DNA from: Isurus oxyrinchus
Taxonomy: Eukaryota
DNA: 64,000 nt
Reading direction: 5' to 3'
Assembly (NCBI GenBank): GCA_026770705.1
Contig: JANJGN010000001.1
Span: 38,378,001 to 38,442,000, forward strand
The notes beneath the pieces were generated by a model. It made no database searches. It was not told the origin of the DNA and worked only from the letters and a program-made list of their open reading frames with translations. The stretch's first letter is position 1, and each line of letters starts with the position of its first letter. Of the stretch, positions 21,380 through 34,600 are shown in pieces. The position numbers and the translations under genes are program-made.

Positions 21380-22558
21380 TTTTTTTTTATTATTAATTGT
21401 TCATGGGATGTGGGCTTTGCTGGCTGGGCCAGCATTTATTGTCCATCCCTAATTGCCCTTGAGAAGGTGGTGGTGAGCTGCCATCTTGAACCGCAGCAGT
21501 TCCTGTGGTGTAGGTATACCCACTGTGCTATTAGGGAGGGAGTTCCAGGATTTTGATCCAGTGACAGTGAAGGAACATTGATATATTTCCAAGTCAGGAT
21601 GGTGAGTGGCTTGGAGGGGAGCTTGCAGGTGGTGGTGTTCCCATCTATCTGCTGTGATTGTCCTTCTAGATAGTAGAGGTCGCAAGTTTGGAAGGTTCTG
21701 TCTAAGGAGACTTGGTGAGTTCCTGCAGTGCATCTTGTAGATGGTACACACTGCTGTTACAGTGCATCGGTGGTGGAGGGAGTGAATGTTTGTGGATGGG
21801 GTGTCAATCAAGCGGGCTGCCTTGTCCTTGATGGTGTCAAACTTCTTGGAACAGCACTCATCCAGCAAGTGGGGAGTATTCCATCACACTCCTGTCTTGT
21901 GACTTGTAGATGGTGGACCAGTTTGGGGATTCCTAGCCTCTGACCTGCTCTTGTAGCCACTGTATTTATTTGACTAGTCCAGTTCAGTCTCTGGTCAATG
22001 GTAATCCCCAGGATGTTCACAGTGGGAGATTCAGCAATGGTAATGCCATTGAATGTCAAGGGATGATGGTTAGATTCTCTCTTGTTGGAGATGGTCATTG
22101 CCTGACACTTATGTGGCGTGAATGTTACTTGCCACTTGTCAGCCCAAGTTGGATATTCTCCAGGTCCTGCTGCATTTGGACATGAACTGCCTTAGTATCT
22201 GAGGAGTCACAAATGGCACTGAGCATTGTGCAATCATCAGCGAACACCTTACTTCTGACCTTATGATGGAAGGAAGGTCATTGATGAAGCAGCTGAAGAT
22301 GGTTGGGCCTCGGATACTACCCTGAGGAACCCCTGCAGTGATGTCCTGAAACGGAGATGATTGACCTCCAATAACCACAGCCACCTTCTTTTGAGGTAGT
22401 TATGGCTCCAACCAGCAGAGAGTTTTCCCCTGATTCCCATTGACTCCAGTTTTGCTAGGGCTCCTTGATGCCACACTCAATCAAATGCTGCCTTGATGTC
22501 AAAGACAGTCACTCTCACCTCACCTCTGCAGTCCAGCTGTCTTGTCCATGTTTGAACC
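21380..22558 (-). mobile_element. Family-B LINE 3' fragment (RT + tail)
   Basis: WHQGALAKLESMGIRGK; AGVPQGSIRGPTIFSCFINDLPS; NILGITIDQRLNWTSQI; 3' tail at ~21380. Confidence 0.92.
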
Positions 22559-23734
22559 ATATGCATTAAGCACCATTTGGTGGTGCAATTGCAAGGATAT
22601 GACATCTGAAGATGCAGTCACCAACCTTGACCATAAGTAAGGTAATTGAACGTCTTCCAACACTGTGTCTAGGTCTTTGGGTCCAGACTCCTGGCATTGC
22701 AATGTAATAAAATGGTTTGCTCTAGTAAACACTGCATGCTACTGCTTGATGCCTCTTGTGCAGCAGATTGACTGCTGATGCTGATGTCCTCTGTGGCTCT
22801 AGTTTTAACTCAAATGCATTGGAACAAGCCGGAGATGTAAAAGTTCAGCTGAAGCAACTTTGATGTCCATTATGGCAGTGATGTGCCTGCAATGGAGCTT
22901 AGCCCTAGGCCAGATGCCGAATAAATCACAACTCTTTGACAGTCTCTCTTGTGATGGTGCAGTCTACAACAGGTAATCTGTCTCTGCCTGTGTATCCAGG
23001 TTTTGGGGTGACCATGAGTGCAGGCACTCTGTCCTGGTTTTAACTCAAATACCTGGATACCTTGAGCACAAATTTTACTATCTAACATTTAACGACTAAG
23101 TATAATAGCTGGATACGAGCGGAGAATGGCACTGACTTATTTTAGGAGGTGGAAAAATCTTTGTTGCATATAGAAAAATTGCCAATTTTATTAACTAAGT
23201 GGAAATCAGCTCTAAATTCAGAAATTTCTCAGAATACATAATAGGCAAGTCTGTGTACTATCTTGATGTTTTTGTAACTAAGTACATCCGAAAGGTGAAA
23301 CCATGGACTTAATGTCCTGGAACATTTTATTCCTTGATAATAAAGTCTTTCTTCTGGAGGTCAAAAGCTTTTCATTAACCAGAACAATCGTCTGATGCAG
23401 ATATAATGCATTATGATAACAAGTACTTACTTGAAAAAAGGAATACATTTATTCGCTATCTTACACAATAATTTACACTTATTTTCGGATAAAGGCATAC
23501 TTCATAGCATCTCATAAGGGGCTGTTGTGATTACCAAGCAGTGGACTCCAAGGCATGGTTGAAGAGATATATTTTAAAGAAACTAAAACAAGGAATTTTA
23601 GCAGAGAGTTCCAGAAGGCAGGGCTATAATAGCTGAACAGATCAATTTTGAATGACCAATGGAATATGCATTCGTCATATGTAAAAAGGCAATGTCTTAA
23701 TGAAAAAATGACACTCTCAAGCTGGCTGTTTGCC

Positions 23735-24385
23735 ATTGACCAGAAACTAAAATAGATCAGGCGTAAAAATGTTGTGGCTACAAAAGAAGGTCAGACCCTG
23801 GAAATTCTATGGAGTGTAACTCACCTCCTGACTCCCCAAAGCCTGTCCATCATCTACAACACACAAGTCAGGAGCATGATAGAATACTCTCCTCTTGCCT
23901 GTATAAGTACAGCTCCAACAACTCTTAAGAAGCTCGACACCCTCCCAGATAAAGCCGCCTGCTTGATTGGCACCCCATCCCCACTTTGAACATTCACTCC
24001 CTCCACCACTGACGCACAATGACTGCAGTGTGTACCATCTACAAGATTCATTGTGGCAACTCACCAAGGCTCCTTTGATAGTACCTTCCAACCCCATGAC
24101 CTCTACCACCTAGAAGAACAAAGGCAGCAGATGCATGGGAACACCACCACCTGCAAGTTCCCCTTCAAATCACACACCATCCTGACTTGGAACTATATCC
24201 CCATTCCTTCACTGTCGCTGGGCCAAAATCCTGGAACTCCCTCCCGAACAGCACTGTGGATTTATCTACACTACAAGGACTGCAGCAGCTCAAAAAGGCA
24301 GCTAACCAACTCCTCAAGGGCAATTAATGGTGGGCAACAAATGCTGGCCTAGCCAGTAATGTCCACACCCTGTGAACAAATAAGA
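23735..24385 (+). mobile_element. Family-B LINE 3' fragment
   Basis: HLLTPQSLSIIYNTQVRSMIEYSPLA...KAACLIG; tail GGGCAACAAATGCTGGCCTAGCCAG. Confidence 0.9.
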
Positions 24386-24776
24386 TAAAGAAAAGCCAGC
24401 TAATCTTTTGTGTGTTTAAGCACATGTTTTCTCTGAAGACTAGCACAAGCACATGAGACGCTAAAGAAGCAAGAGCCCTGTGTGGGTCTCTCTCTCCCTC
24501 TTTCTCTCCAACCAACTTGCAAGTTTCAAACCCAGTTGCTGTTTTTTGATGCTCCATGTGCTGCAGATAGAGATTTTTAAAAAGAACTCGACCTCACAGC
24601 GCTATCTTCAGAAGAAAAATAAATTGTCCATCTACATCTTTAAGGCACGTCAACGTTGACCCAGCAGGACCACTGAGTTCAGCCTGAAGCCAGTGAAGTC
24701 ACCACCTTCAAGAACCAAATACCCCTTTAACTTTACTAGATTTTAAATTCCTTAATCCATCTTCCCACTAGTAAAT

Positions 24777-24847
24777 TTGTGTGTGTGTGTGGTGTGTGTT
24801 TGTGTGTGGTGTGTGTTTGTGTGTTTGTGTGTGGTGTGTGTGTGTGT
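24777..24847. repeat. Interrupted (GT)n microsatellite, possibly within an LTR-like remnant (~24420-25045)
   Basis: Direct reading of the sequence. Confidence 0.9.
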
Positions 24848-25469
24848 CTCTAACTTTTCATTCAATAGATACTATTTTCTTTTCTTTTTTAAAACTCAGG
24901 GAAACCTGTCTGTTTCTGTCTTTTATAGTTACAGCACATAAACAGTAAAACATTCACTGAACTGGTAAGCATACCCTTTTTAAACAAAATCTAGTTGCGG
25001 TCAAAGAGTGGGAAAACAGCGGAGACATTTGATCCCTCTTCACCAAGTTAATTTAATATATTTGCAAAGCTAAATCCAACAATAGTCTTCATCCTACTGG
25101 ACAGCATATATGTCTTCACAGATATTGCAAAGAAAAGTGGATAAATTTCCTTCCCCTACAAACCCACACATACTTGTACTGCCAAGGATAAGGTAGAGAA
25201 ACAACTCTACAGCTCGGACTAATTAACCATCTCATAAGCCGAAACACATCCTCCATAGAATCCTAGACTAAACCTCTCTTTCTTCACCATCATAGGAAGT
25301 CAAATGCCACCAAGAATTGGATCCAACTAGAAAAATGTACATGTACTCCACTAATAAATTAGGAGCAATTTAACAGTTCTACTTGTTTCACTGCCAAGAA
25401 AACTAGGCTGACAGAATTCAGAACTCTGTCATAAAGCTTCATGACAATGTTATGTGTCTGGTTTGTTCA

Positions 25470-25745
25470 GTTGCTTATAAGACAGAAGGCCATAAGTTCA
25501 AACTCTTAACCTTGAGCACAAAATCTGGGTAGAACTGAGGGAGTGCTCTATTGTTGCACGTGTTGTGTTCTGAATGAGATGTTTGACTGAGGCCCCACTT
25601 GCCAGTCTTATGGATGTAAAACATTCCATGGCAATACCCAAAGAAGAACAGGAAATTTTCCCAGTGTCCTGACCAGAGCCAGCAAAAAAATGGGTAATTC
25701 ATCCCATTTGACATTTGTGGAACATTATGAATCGCTGTTATGTTT
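25470..25745 (+). mobile_element. Deu-domain SINE (SacSINE1/AmnSINE-like), degenerate; 3' end resumes at ~27633-27662
   Basis: CTTGAGCACAAAATCT...ACTGAGGGAGTGCT...GAGGCCCC...TGGATGTAAAA.ATTCCATGGCA...GAAGAACAGG..GTGTCCTG. Confidence 0.65.
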
Positions 25746-25746
25746 A

Positions 25747-27632
25747 TAAGACCATAAGTCATAGGAGCAGAAATTAGCCCATTCGGTCCATCGAGTCTGC
25801 ACCGCCATTCAATCACGGCTGATAAGTTTCTCAACCCCATTCTCCTGCCTTCTCCCCGTAACCTTTGATCTCCTTAGCAATCACAAACCTATCTAACTCG
25901 GTCTTAAATACACTCAATGACCTGGCCTCCACAGCCTTCTGTGGCAATGAATTCCATAGATTCACCGCTCTCTGGCTAATGAAGTTTCTCCTCATCTCTG
26001 TTCTAAAAGTTCTTCCCTTTACTCTGAGGCTGTGCGCTCGGGTCCTAGTCTCTCCTACTAATAAAACATCTTCCCCACATCCACTCTATCCAGGCCTTTC
26101 AGTATTCTGTAGGTTTCAATCAGATCCCCCCTCATCCTTCTAAACTCCATCGAATATAGACCCAGAGTCCTCATATGTTCCTCATATGTTAAGCCTTTCA
26201 TTCCTGGGATCGTTCTTGTGAACTTCCTCTGGACCGTCTCCAGGGCCAGAACATCCTTCCTGAGATACGGGGCCCAACATTGCTCACAATATTCTACATG
26301 TGGTCTGACCAGAGCCTTATAAAGCCTCAGCAGCACATCCCTGCTTTTAGATTCAAGTCCTCTCAAAATAAATGCCAACAATGCATTTGCCTTCCTAACT
26401 ACCGACTCAACCTGCTAGTTAACCTTAAGAGAATCCTGGACTAGGACTCCCAAGTCCCTTTGCACTCCAGATTTCTGAATTCTCTCCCCATTTAGAAAAT
26501 AGTCTATGCCTCTATTCTTCCTACCAAAGTGCATGACCTCACACTACCCCACGTTGTATTCCATCTGCCTCTTCTTTGCCCATTCTCCTAACCTATCTTT
26601 GTATCATCTGCAAACTTAGCCAGGATGCCCTCAGTTCCTTCATCTAGATCATTAATGTATAAAGTGAGAAGTTGTGGTCCCAACACTGACCCCTGCAGAA
26701 CTCCACTAGTCACCGGCTGCCATCCTGAGAAGGACCCCTTATCCCCACTCTCTGCCTCCTGCCAGACAGCCAATCTTCTATCCATTCTAATACCTTGCCT
26801 CTAACACCATGGGCTCTTATCTTACTGAGCAGCCTCCTGTGCAGCACCTTGTCAAAGGCCTTCTGGAAGTCCAAGTAGATAAAAACCATTGGCTCTCCTT
26901 TGTCTAACCTACTTGTTACCTCCTCAAAGAATTCTAACAGATTTGTCAGGCATGACCTCCCCTTGATGAAACCATGCTGACTTTGCCCTATTTTACCATG
27001 CACTTCCAAGTATTCTGAAATCTCATCCTTAATAGTGGACTCTAAAATCTTACCAATGACCGAGGTCAGGCTAATTGGCCTGTAATTTCCCGTCTTTTGC
27101 CTCACTCCCTTCTTAAACTGGGGGGTTACATTAGTGATTTTCCAGTCCTCTGGGACCGTCCCTTACTCCAGTGATTCCTGAAAGATCGCCACTAACGCCT
27201 CCACTATCTCTTCAGCTATCTCCTTCAGAACTCTGGGGTGTAATCCATCTGGTCCAGTTGATTTATCTACCTTCAGACCTTTCAGTTTTCTTAGCACCTT
27301 CTCCTTGGTAATGGCCACCATACTCACCTCTGCCCCCCGACTCTCTTGAACTTTGGGGATGTTACTCGTGTCTTCCACCGTGAAGACTGACGCAAAGTAC
27401 CTATTCAGTTACTCCACCACTACTACTTCTCTGGTGTCATTTTCCAGCAGCCCAATGTCCGCTTTTGCCTCTCTCTTACCCTTTATATATCTCAAAAACT
27501 CTTGCGATCTTCTTTTATATTACTGGCTAGTTTACCCTCATATTTAATCTTCTCCCTCCTTATTTCTTTTTTAGTTGTCCTCTGTTGGTCTTTGTAGGCT
27601 TCCCAATCTGCTGGTTTCCCACTGCTCTTCTC
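25747..27632 (-). mobile_element. CR1 LINE ORF2 (RT) 3' ~1.9 kb, relatively young
   Basis: GPDGLHPRVLKE; GNYRPISLTSVIGKILE; QHGFIKGRSCLTNLLEFFE; YLDFQKAFDKV; KFADDTK; tail at 25747. Confidence 0.95.
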
Positions 27633-28419
27633 TATACATTAGTGACTGCACTTCATAAGTAATGTGTGCACAACCAACCTAGGAGCACGTGGAAGCTCAG
27701 GTAGAATCTGCAGCAGAATATCAGAGAACTTAAGGCAGCTCTAGCTTTTGGCATGGCAGCTGCATCACTGACCATTAATTCTTTAAACACCAGGGGTGCA
27801 GAAAGTTTTCTCTTCAGTTATGTTGTTGGTACATTTCAATTTGCCTTCCTCACGTCGTAGGACCAGCGCCCAGTACTGGCTGGAAAGTAGTTACATTCAT
27901 AATGGTACTGGCCCTCAGGACAGACCCACTTGTGTGCCTTCCCTCCAAGTTCCTCAGATGCCTGTGCATGTGGGAGAAAACAGCCAGGATCAGGTTGATC
28001 TCACACCAGAATGGGAGAATTGGTCTGTAGAAGGTCCCTCTGGAACATTGGCTGTCTGGGCTGAGGGTCACCTTAAATCCTCTAAGGCTGCTATTAGACA
28101 GCATCAGTTTGACACCTCAGAAACTCCTGCCACTGAAGCAGCAATGACATAGAGCAGGAGGCCAAGTTCAAAAGGACACACAATCATGTGTACTAATGGG
28201 AGATAGAGTGATAGGAAATAACACACGTATTTTGTCAGTTAAGGAATTGTTTGTATTAACAAAAAGTACAGATTGATTTGTAGTTGAATAGATCTGAACT
28301 GATAACATTGGTAGTTGTGTAATAGAAAGGAGCTTCAAGTGTATTAATAATTAGGTGTGCATTCATAAAGATAGTAGGCACTGATGAAGGACCCTTGTGA
28401 ACTCTGCCTATGGATGTCT

Positions 28420-29200
28420 GGGAGCTGGGAAACAATTCTCTTGTGAACTCTTTACCAGTCAAGGCCTTTGCTACCTGCTGGCCTTGACTATCCTTTTCCT
28501 GAAGATGAATCATTAGTCTTTGTAGGTGGTAAAATACAGCAGACTGAAACAACGCAAATAAAATCTAAGAGGACTCTACAGAGTGTGGCCCAGATCTGTT
28601 CAGATACCTGAAGTATGTTTCAGAATCCTTACTGTCTGTTCAATGGCAATCCTGGTGGCGCCATTGTCCAGGTGGTCCTCAGGTGGGATTACATACTGTC
28701 TAGTGGCAGATCCTTGGAAAACATGGATTCACTTGTATTATGAGGTGGCTTACATTGCACACGGCACCTTGAGAGAACGGTACGCTATCCTGTTGTGTTC
28801 TTGAAAGGGACTGGTATGGTGACGTGCACCTTGCACCTGGCTAAATCCTGCCATTCTGTAAAATGGAGCAGCCTCTCACAGGAAAGGATATGAATTTAGC
28901 CGCTTGCACGAACAATACAATGGTGACTTGATCTACACAACAGCGGACAGGCCATTTGCTGATATTGCAAATGTTGCCTAATGCCACCCAAAGGAAACAA
29001 GTAACATAGAGATTCATTACCACATTGCCTTTTGCTGTCACTGGCAGCGGGGTTTACTGCAGGTCTATGGAGAGAAGGCATCATTACTCAGATAGTGCTT
29101 CACAAAGAAAATGCATCTTCTCAAGCACTGCAAAGTTGATACGTGTAGACATGGATGCGTTGATGGCTCTGCCTATGTGCCTGGCTTCCCTACATTGTTC
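28420..29200 (-). pseudogene. Harbinger transposase remnant
   Basis: AKGNVVMNLY..C...ALGNICNISKW.V.CCVDQVT..LF..AAKFISFP; EQTVRILK..FRYLNRSG. Confidence 0.65.
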
Positions 29201-30751
29201 CTGTCGATTCTCTTCTTCTTCCTCTTCATAGTAAAGAGAAAAAGGAAATGCCTAAAGAAAATACCATTGTTTCCTGAAGTACTAAAGTCACAAGTTTTAT
29301 TTTAAAACAGCAACAACGTTGAATTATCAGGAAGTGGGAAAAGGCAGAAATGGAAATAAGTCTACCAAATGAGTCCACAAATCAGTAAACTGTAAAGCTA
29401 CTTTCCTCTGTCTGCTATCGCCTAAGAACCCCGAAAGCTTCTTTTATGCAAGTGTTCATTTTGGGGAGGGGGAAGCACAATAGTTAACAGAGGAATTGGA
29501 GCATTGCATTGTAGTGAGTTATTTACTTACAGCAGGCTGGAGTGTGCGGGTTCTATGGGTACAGTCACCATTCAGAAGTTAAAACCAAGACACGTTGTGA
29601 AGTCCCAGGAAGGCAGGGCTCTATGATGATATACATGTTGGATAGCCAATAGCAGAAGTCTGGGGGAGGGTGAGTTGAAGATAGGAGGTCATGTGATGAC
29701 ATTTCCCAGAATACGCCCAAACAAAGTTGGCAACCCCAAAGACATCCAATTATCAAAGACAGCAGTTACGAACTAGACTTTTGGTTCAACATCATCTCTG
29801 CCTCATTTTCTTAAAGACTGAACCAAGGCTTAATTTGTCACAATCTAGAAGGGAAAAGCTGTAACATTTGGGAAATGAACGGTACTAATCCGAACTAGTC
29901 TTATATACCTTAAAAGAGAACTCCAATTCTAACCAGTACCAGTCATTTCCAAGTTTTACTGGTTTTTCCTTTGAGGAAGATCCCAGAATCCTCTTTTCCA
30001 CTCTAACTTTCCCATTCAATGCATGATGGGTTCTAACAATAGACATTTTCAGCCAGAAGCTGGATTTTAAAGTAACAAACTAATCTCAAGTATGGAAGAT
30101 TTTTGTTGCTGCAAACAGGAAAGCTCATGATCTTTCAATGAAAGGTTTGGTTGAATGTCCCACAACTCAACCAAACTTGCCTGCCACCTTCCTCAGCTCT
30201 GACTGGTGGTGGTTTACTGATGGTTGCAATGCTGTCATCCAACGAGGGCATCACAGCTTCAGGCTCAGTTTGTGGGCCCTACCCTAACCCCCAAACAACC
30301 TTCACACCAGCCAAATAAGCTTATCAACAACTCCCACTTTCACACGTTCATTTGTAAAGTGAATTGATGGGGAGAAACAAGCTGAGCTAGTAGAATTGTG
30401 CACCAGTAATGATCATGGCAGCAAGAGTCATGCCAGCAAAAGGGCAGACTGGCACAGTCAGCAGAAAACTGGAAGGGGAGATTACTATAAACAGTTAGTG
30501 AATTCCTGTTCTGGGAAAGAAGTGTGTGTGAGATGAAATGTGTCATGTAGAGAAAATATCCCCAGTATTGAGGAGTTATTGATATTGAAATTTAGCAGGG
30601 GGAACTCAGTACAACCAGTTAGTTGTGCGCATGTTTGGGTTTTTCTTTGCTTGTCCTTCTGTGGTGGGTAAACTGACACCAAGCTAAAAATAAAGTCCTG
30701 CTGTTTTCCCAGTATAAAACACAAATCCTTTTCACTGATCAGCAATGGTAT

Positions 30752-31744
30752 TGTTACAATCTCTGTAGAGATTGATAACTTTTAAAAATAAATTTGAACT
30801 TCCAGTTAATAGCTGAAAGGATGGCATGACAAGATTTCACATTTTATATCTTTTACTGTGACAGAAGACTAAAAGCAATACGACTGAACATATCTTTGTA
30901 AGCAGCTTTTACGTTAAAACAGAACATTCCTCTTTTTCTTTTAGCACAACCAAAAACACACTTCACAGTTATACTTTAAACTGTCCTTTAAGTAGGCATT
31001 CAATTCTCCCTGAATTTGTCCAAGGTGATTCTTACCTCCTGAGGGGTAACTTCTGTTCTTTTCCTTTCTCAGCCTGGGAACTTTTAATCTCAGGACTGTC
31101 TTTCATAGCGGATTTTTTTTTCCACGGAGATTACTCCTCTAGCACAAGCTAGGCAAATCTTCCAGCCTTGTTTTAAGCCCTCATGAATTTGGTTTTTTCA
31201 ATCTGAGCACAAGCTCCCACTTACATTCCTGCCTGGTGAACTACAGCATATTGCTGCCCTTGGCTGATCTCCTTCTCCCAGATTCTGACAGACCAACATT
31301 GTCTGCGAGTTTTCAGGGATCTCTTAAACCCTACTCCTCTCAAAGTCCATCTCCATGACAATGTGAATCACATGGGCCTTGTATCCAGGTTGAAATGCTG
31401 ATTAGTCAAACTTGAGACCGCAACTGTCTTTTATCTTGAAAGTAAATACACAGTTAATAGCACAACCAAATATTCTTGACACTTTTCTGGGACTTTGGAG
31501 ACTCACATCCTATCCACTGTTATCACACTGGCTGCTGTCATTGTCTCCAAGTGTAAACACCTTGCACCTGCTTCTCAGTAAAATAATCAGGGCTCCCTTA
31601 CTCTCCAACAATCAAAACACCCAGGTTTGTTGTCAGGCAGACTTCAGAACAGGTCACATGACCCCCTTTATTTTGCCTTAAATCAAAGCCATCGTCCCAA
31701 AACATTATAACCTTATAAATCTCATTATTGTAACTATATTAACA
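30752..31744 (-). mobile_element. Possible solo LTR
   Basis: TGTTA...TAACA termini and LTR-like composition. No matching TSD found. Confidence 0.3.
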
Positions 31745-32974
31745 GAGAGGGATTCGCACTACAATATCTTCCCAACCTATTGTTCTGGTGATCCTGAATC
31801 TCCCACAAAATGGATTGGACATATGAAGAACACTCTACCTGAATTCCATTGTCTAAGTGCCAATTAATATCTGTTCCAGCTTTTGGTAATACTTATTTTT
31901 TATTTTGTTTCTCTATTACTAATCACTGAACTCCCTCTGAATGGAACAGGATTTTCTTCTTTGGTGTATGGCTATAATGCATTACTGAGCAGTGTGCACA
32001 GAGGAAAATCAGTTAGGAAAGGTCAAACGCCCATAACATAGTCTGCCAGATTTTTCATTCATTAAGTTATAACAACAACTTATATTGGCAATATAAATGG
32101 AAGGGAAACCAAGTGGCTCTGCTAAAGGTGTACAAATATTTTTGCACATTTTTTTCTGAATGTTCTTTGTCTTGATGCTGCTTTATACCCAAGTTCTAAA
32201 GAGGAAGACCTAGTGCTTGGCAGAGAGAAGGGCAGGAAACTGATCCAGCCAGTCACATGATTAGAGGCTCAGCTGACTAGGAATGCTGACTAAATTTAAA
32301 GGAATGTGGCCACTTAAAGATAAGGGGCTGATTATGGAGTAACCATTTTGTTAACCATTATAAAAGGTGTAGATATTTGAATACCAATGCACAATACATT
32401 AGTCCTTTGGTTAACAAATTTGTGAACAGCTTATAAGAACACAAGAAATAGGAGCAGGAATAGATTGTATGGACTGTTGAGCCTGCTCCAGGATTCACTT
32501 CGATCATGGCTGATCTTTGGCTTCAACTTCACTTTCCTGCCTGTTCCCCATATCCATTGATTCTCAAACAGACCAAAAACTATCTATCTCAGTCTTAATA
32601 TATTCAGCAATGGAACCATCCATAATTCTCTAGGATAGAGAATTCCAAAGGTTCACAATATTTTGAGTAAAGACATTTCTCCTCATCTCAGTAAATGATT
32701 GGCCCTTTATCCCAAATTTTATGTGTTCTAGGTCCCCCAGCCCAGAGAAACAACCTCTCAGTGTCTACCCTGTCAAGCCCTTTCAGAATCACGTATGTTT
32801 TAATGAGATTACCTCTCATCTTCTAAATGCCGGACAATATAGACCCAATTTACTCAGCATCTCATCATTGGAAAACATTTTATCCCAGGGACCAGTCTAG
32901 TGAACTTTCATTGTACTACGTCCAATTAAATATATCCTTCCTTAGTTATAGTGCTGGGTATGGGGCTGCAGAAG

Positions 32975-33410
32975 CTTACCAAAGCTCTTTAGCAGCACCT
33001 TCCAAACCCACAACCACTACCACCTAGAAGGACAAGGGCAGCACACACACAGGAACATCACAACCTGGACCAAAAACAGAAAATGCTGGAAAAATCCAGC
33101 AGGTCTGACAGCATCTGTGGAGAGAGAAACAGGGTTGATGTTTTGAGTCTGTATGACCCTTCTTCAGAGCTGGACATTCCCCTCCAAGCCAATCACCATC
33201 CTGACGGAAACATATCGCCGTTCCTACACTGTCGCTGAGTCAAAATCCTGGAACTTCCTTCCTAACAGCAATGTGGGTGTACCTACACCACATGGACTGC
33301 AGCAGTTCAAAAAGACAGCTCACCACCACCTAGAAAGGCTCTTAAGGATGGGCTGATAAATGCTGACTTAGCCAGCGATGCCCACATCCCATGAATGAAT
33401 AAAAAAATAA
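32975..33410 (+). mobile_element. Family-B LINE 3' end containing a Penelope pLTR piece (33071-33169, minus strand)
   Basis: SWNFLPNSNVGVPTPHGLQQFKKTAHHHL plus tail. The Penelope piece is flanked by CTGGAC. Confidence 0.85.
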
Positions 33411-34190
33411 AGGATTTTACGGCCCCCAGCTGGCATGCTTTTGGTGGAGGGGCAGGTAAAATATGACGGGTGGCTAGCCTACCTCCTTCGCACTCATTGC
33501 CGACCCTGTCCCCATAATATGGTAGGGGGGAGACTGCCAAAATCGACATCCCAACCGCCATTTTTAAATAAATAATTAATGGGCAAATGAGCTTGTTACC
33601 AAGCCAGTTGACCCAAATTTTCTGCCAGTGGTGTGGCAGGCAGGCAAGTGTGGGTAGGCCATTTTTTTAAGGAAGCTGCTTAAAAGACTGGAAGGAAGAG
33701 GGGGTATGTCCTTTGGGAGGTGCCCTATGAGCATCGGGAGCAGCTCCCAAGATGTTACCCCCTACTCTGTTCCTCCCTGCCTGGCCTCCAAAACCCACCC
33801 TCCAATCCCCCTCAAACCCCTCCCCCCTCCTCCAACCTCCACCCGACTTCCCAATCCTTCTATGTCCAATACTCCCGACTTATTTCACTCCAGGATCCAT
33901 GTCTTCTTCATCCCAGGGCCCATTTGCAGTCCCAGCGGTGCCCACTACTCAGCTCTGACGCTACTGGGACTGTTAGTTCTGCCAGGCAATCTGATTGGCT
34001 GGCAGCACTCAAGGGTGGGACATCCTCCCACTGAGGTGCAGAAGTCCCACTCTCACCTCACTTATGCCAGTGCTTTATTGCTGCAGGATTGCCTTGGTTG
34101 GAGCAGCACTGAATTTTGTTTTGGGTGTGGGGGAGGAGTGAACAATACGGTGCCCCCACCGTCTGCCCTGCCCCTGGTAAAATTCAGCCC
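33411..34190. mobile_element. Harbinger-type MITE
   Basis: Starts GGATTTTAC and ends GTAAAATTCAGCCC. It has an internal C-rich tract typical of this group. Confidence 0.65.
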
Positions 34191-34342
34191 ATGGAGACAA
34201 AACTGCGCAGATTACTCCAGGTGTGGCCTCATCAAAGCCCTGTACAATTTTAGCAAGATATCTTCATTCTTGTACTCCTCTTGAAATAAAGGCCAACATG
34301 CCACATGCCTTCCTAATTACTATGGTTTCCTCCTACTCCACC

Positions 34343-34600
34343 ACAACTGGGTTGCCAACACTCACAGGCTGCCCTGGGGGCTCTAGGAATTATAGGTTCA
34401 TCCCCAGGACACTGCTGTGAATAACTGGGGAGAAAAATCATAATGGAGTTAAAAATTGCGTGTTTTTGTTTATTCATTGTGAAAATATTGAAGAAGTATT
34501 TTTTAAAAAGGCTTTTGAATTGGGCGGGGCAGCTGTAGCTGGAAAGTCTTGAGATGAAACCTTTAGGAATATTTCCAACCGGAGTTGGCAACACAGTTGT
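34343..34600. mobile_element. hAT-Tip100-like MITE
   Basis: Inverted ends ACAACTGGGTTGCCAAC / GTTGGCAACACAGTTGT (16/17 match). Confidence 0.65.

Larger units (their letters stand above)
32433..34320 (-). mobile_element. CR1 3' fragment split by nested insertions (32433-32948 and 34191-34320)
   Basis: CR1 tail ATAAGAACACAAGAAATAGGAGCAGG at 32433. The sequence ...TCCTTCCTTAGTTAT continues as GGAGACAAAACTGC at ~34193. Confidence 0.8.

Noticed and set aside
22560-23090. Possible host exon
   Set aside because: There is no coherent frame with splice sites. It is probably an old LINE remnant that I could not classify.
27796-28152. 118-aa ORF
   Set aside because: No recognisable domain. It lies convergent to a Harbinger transposase and is likely the decayed tail of its accessory gene.
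33706-34284. 192-aa ORF
   Set aside because: It runs through a MITE C-rich tract into antisense CR1, so it is a chance ORF.
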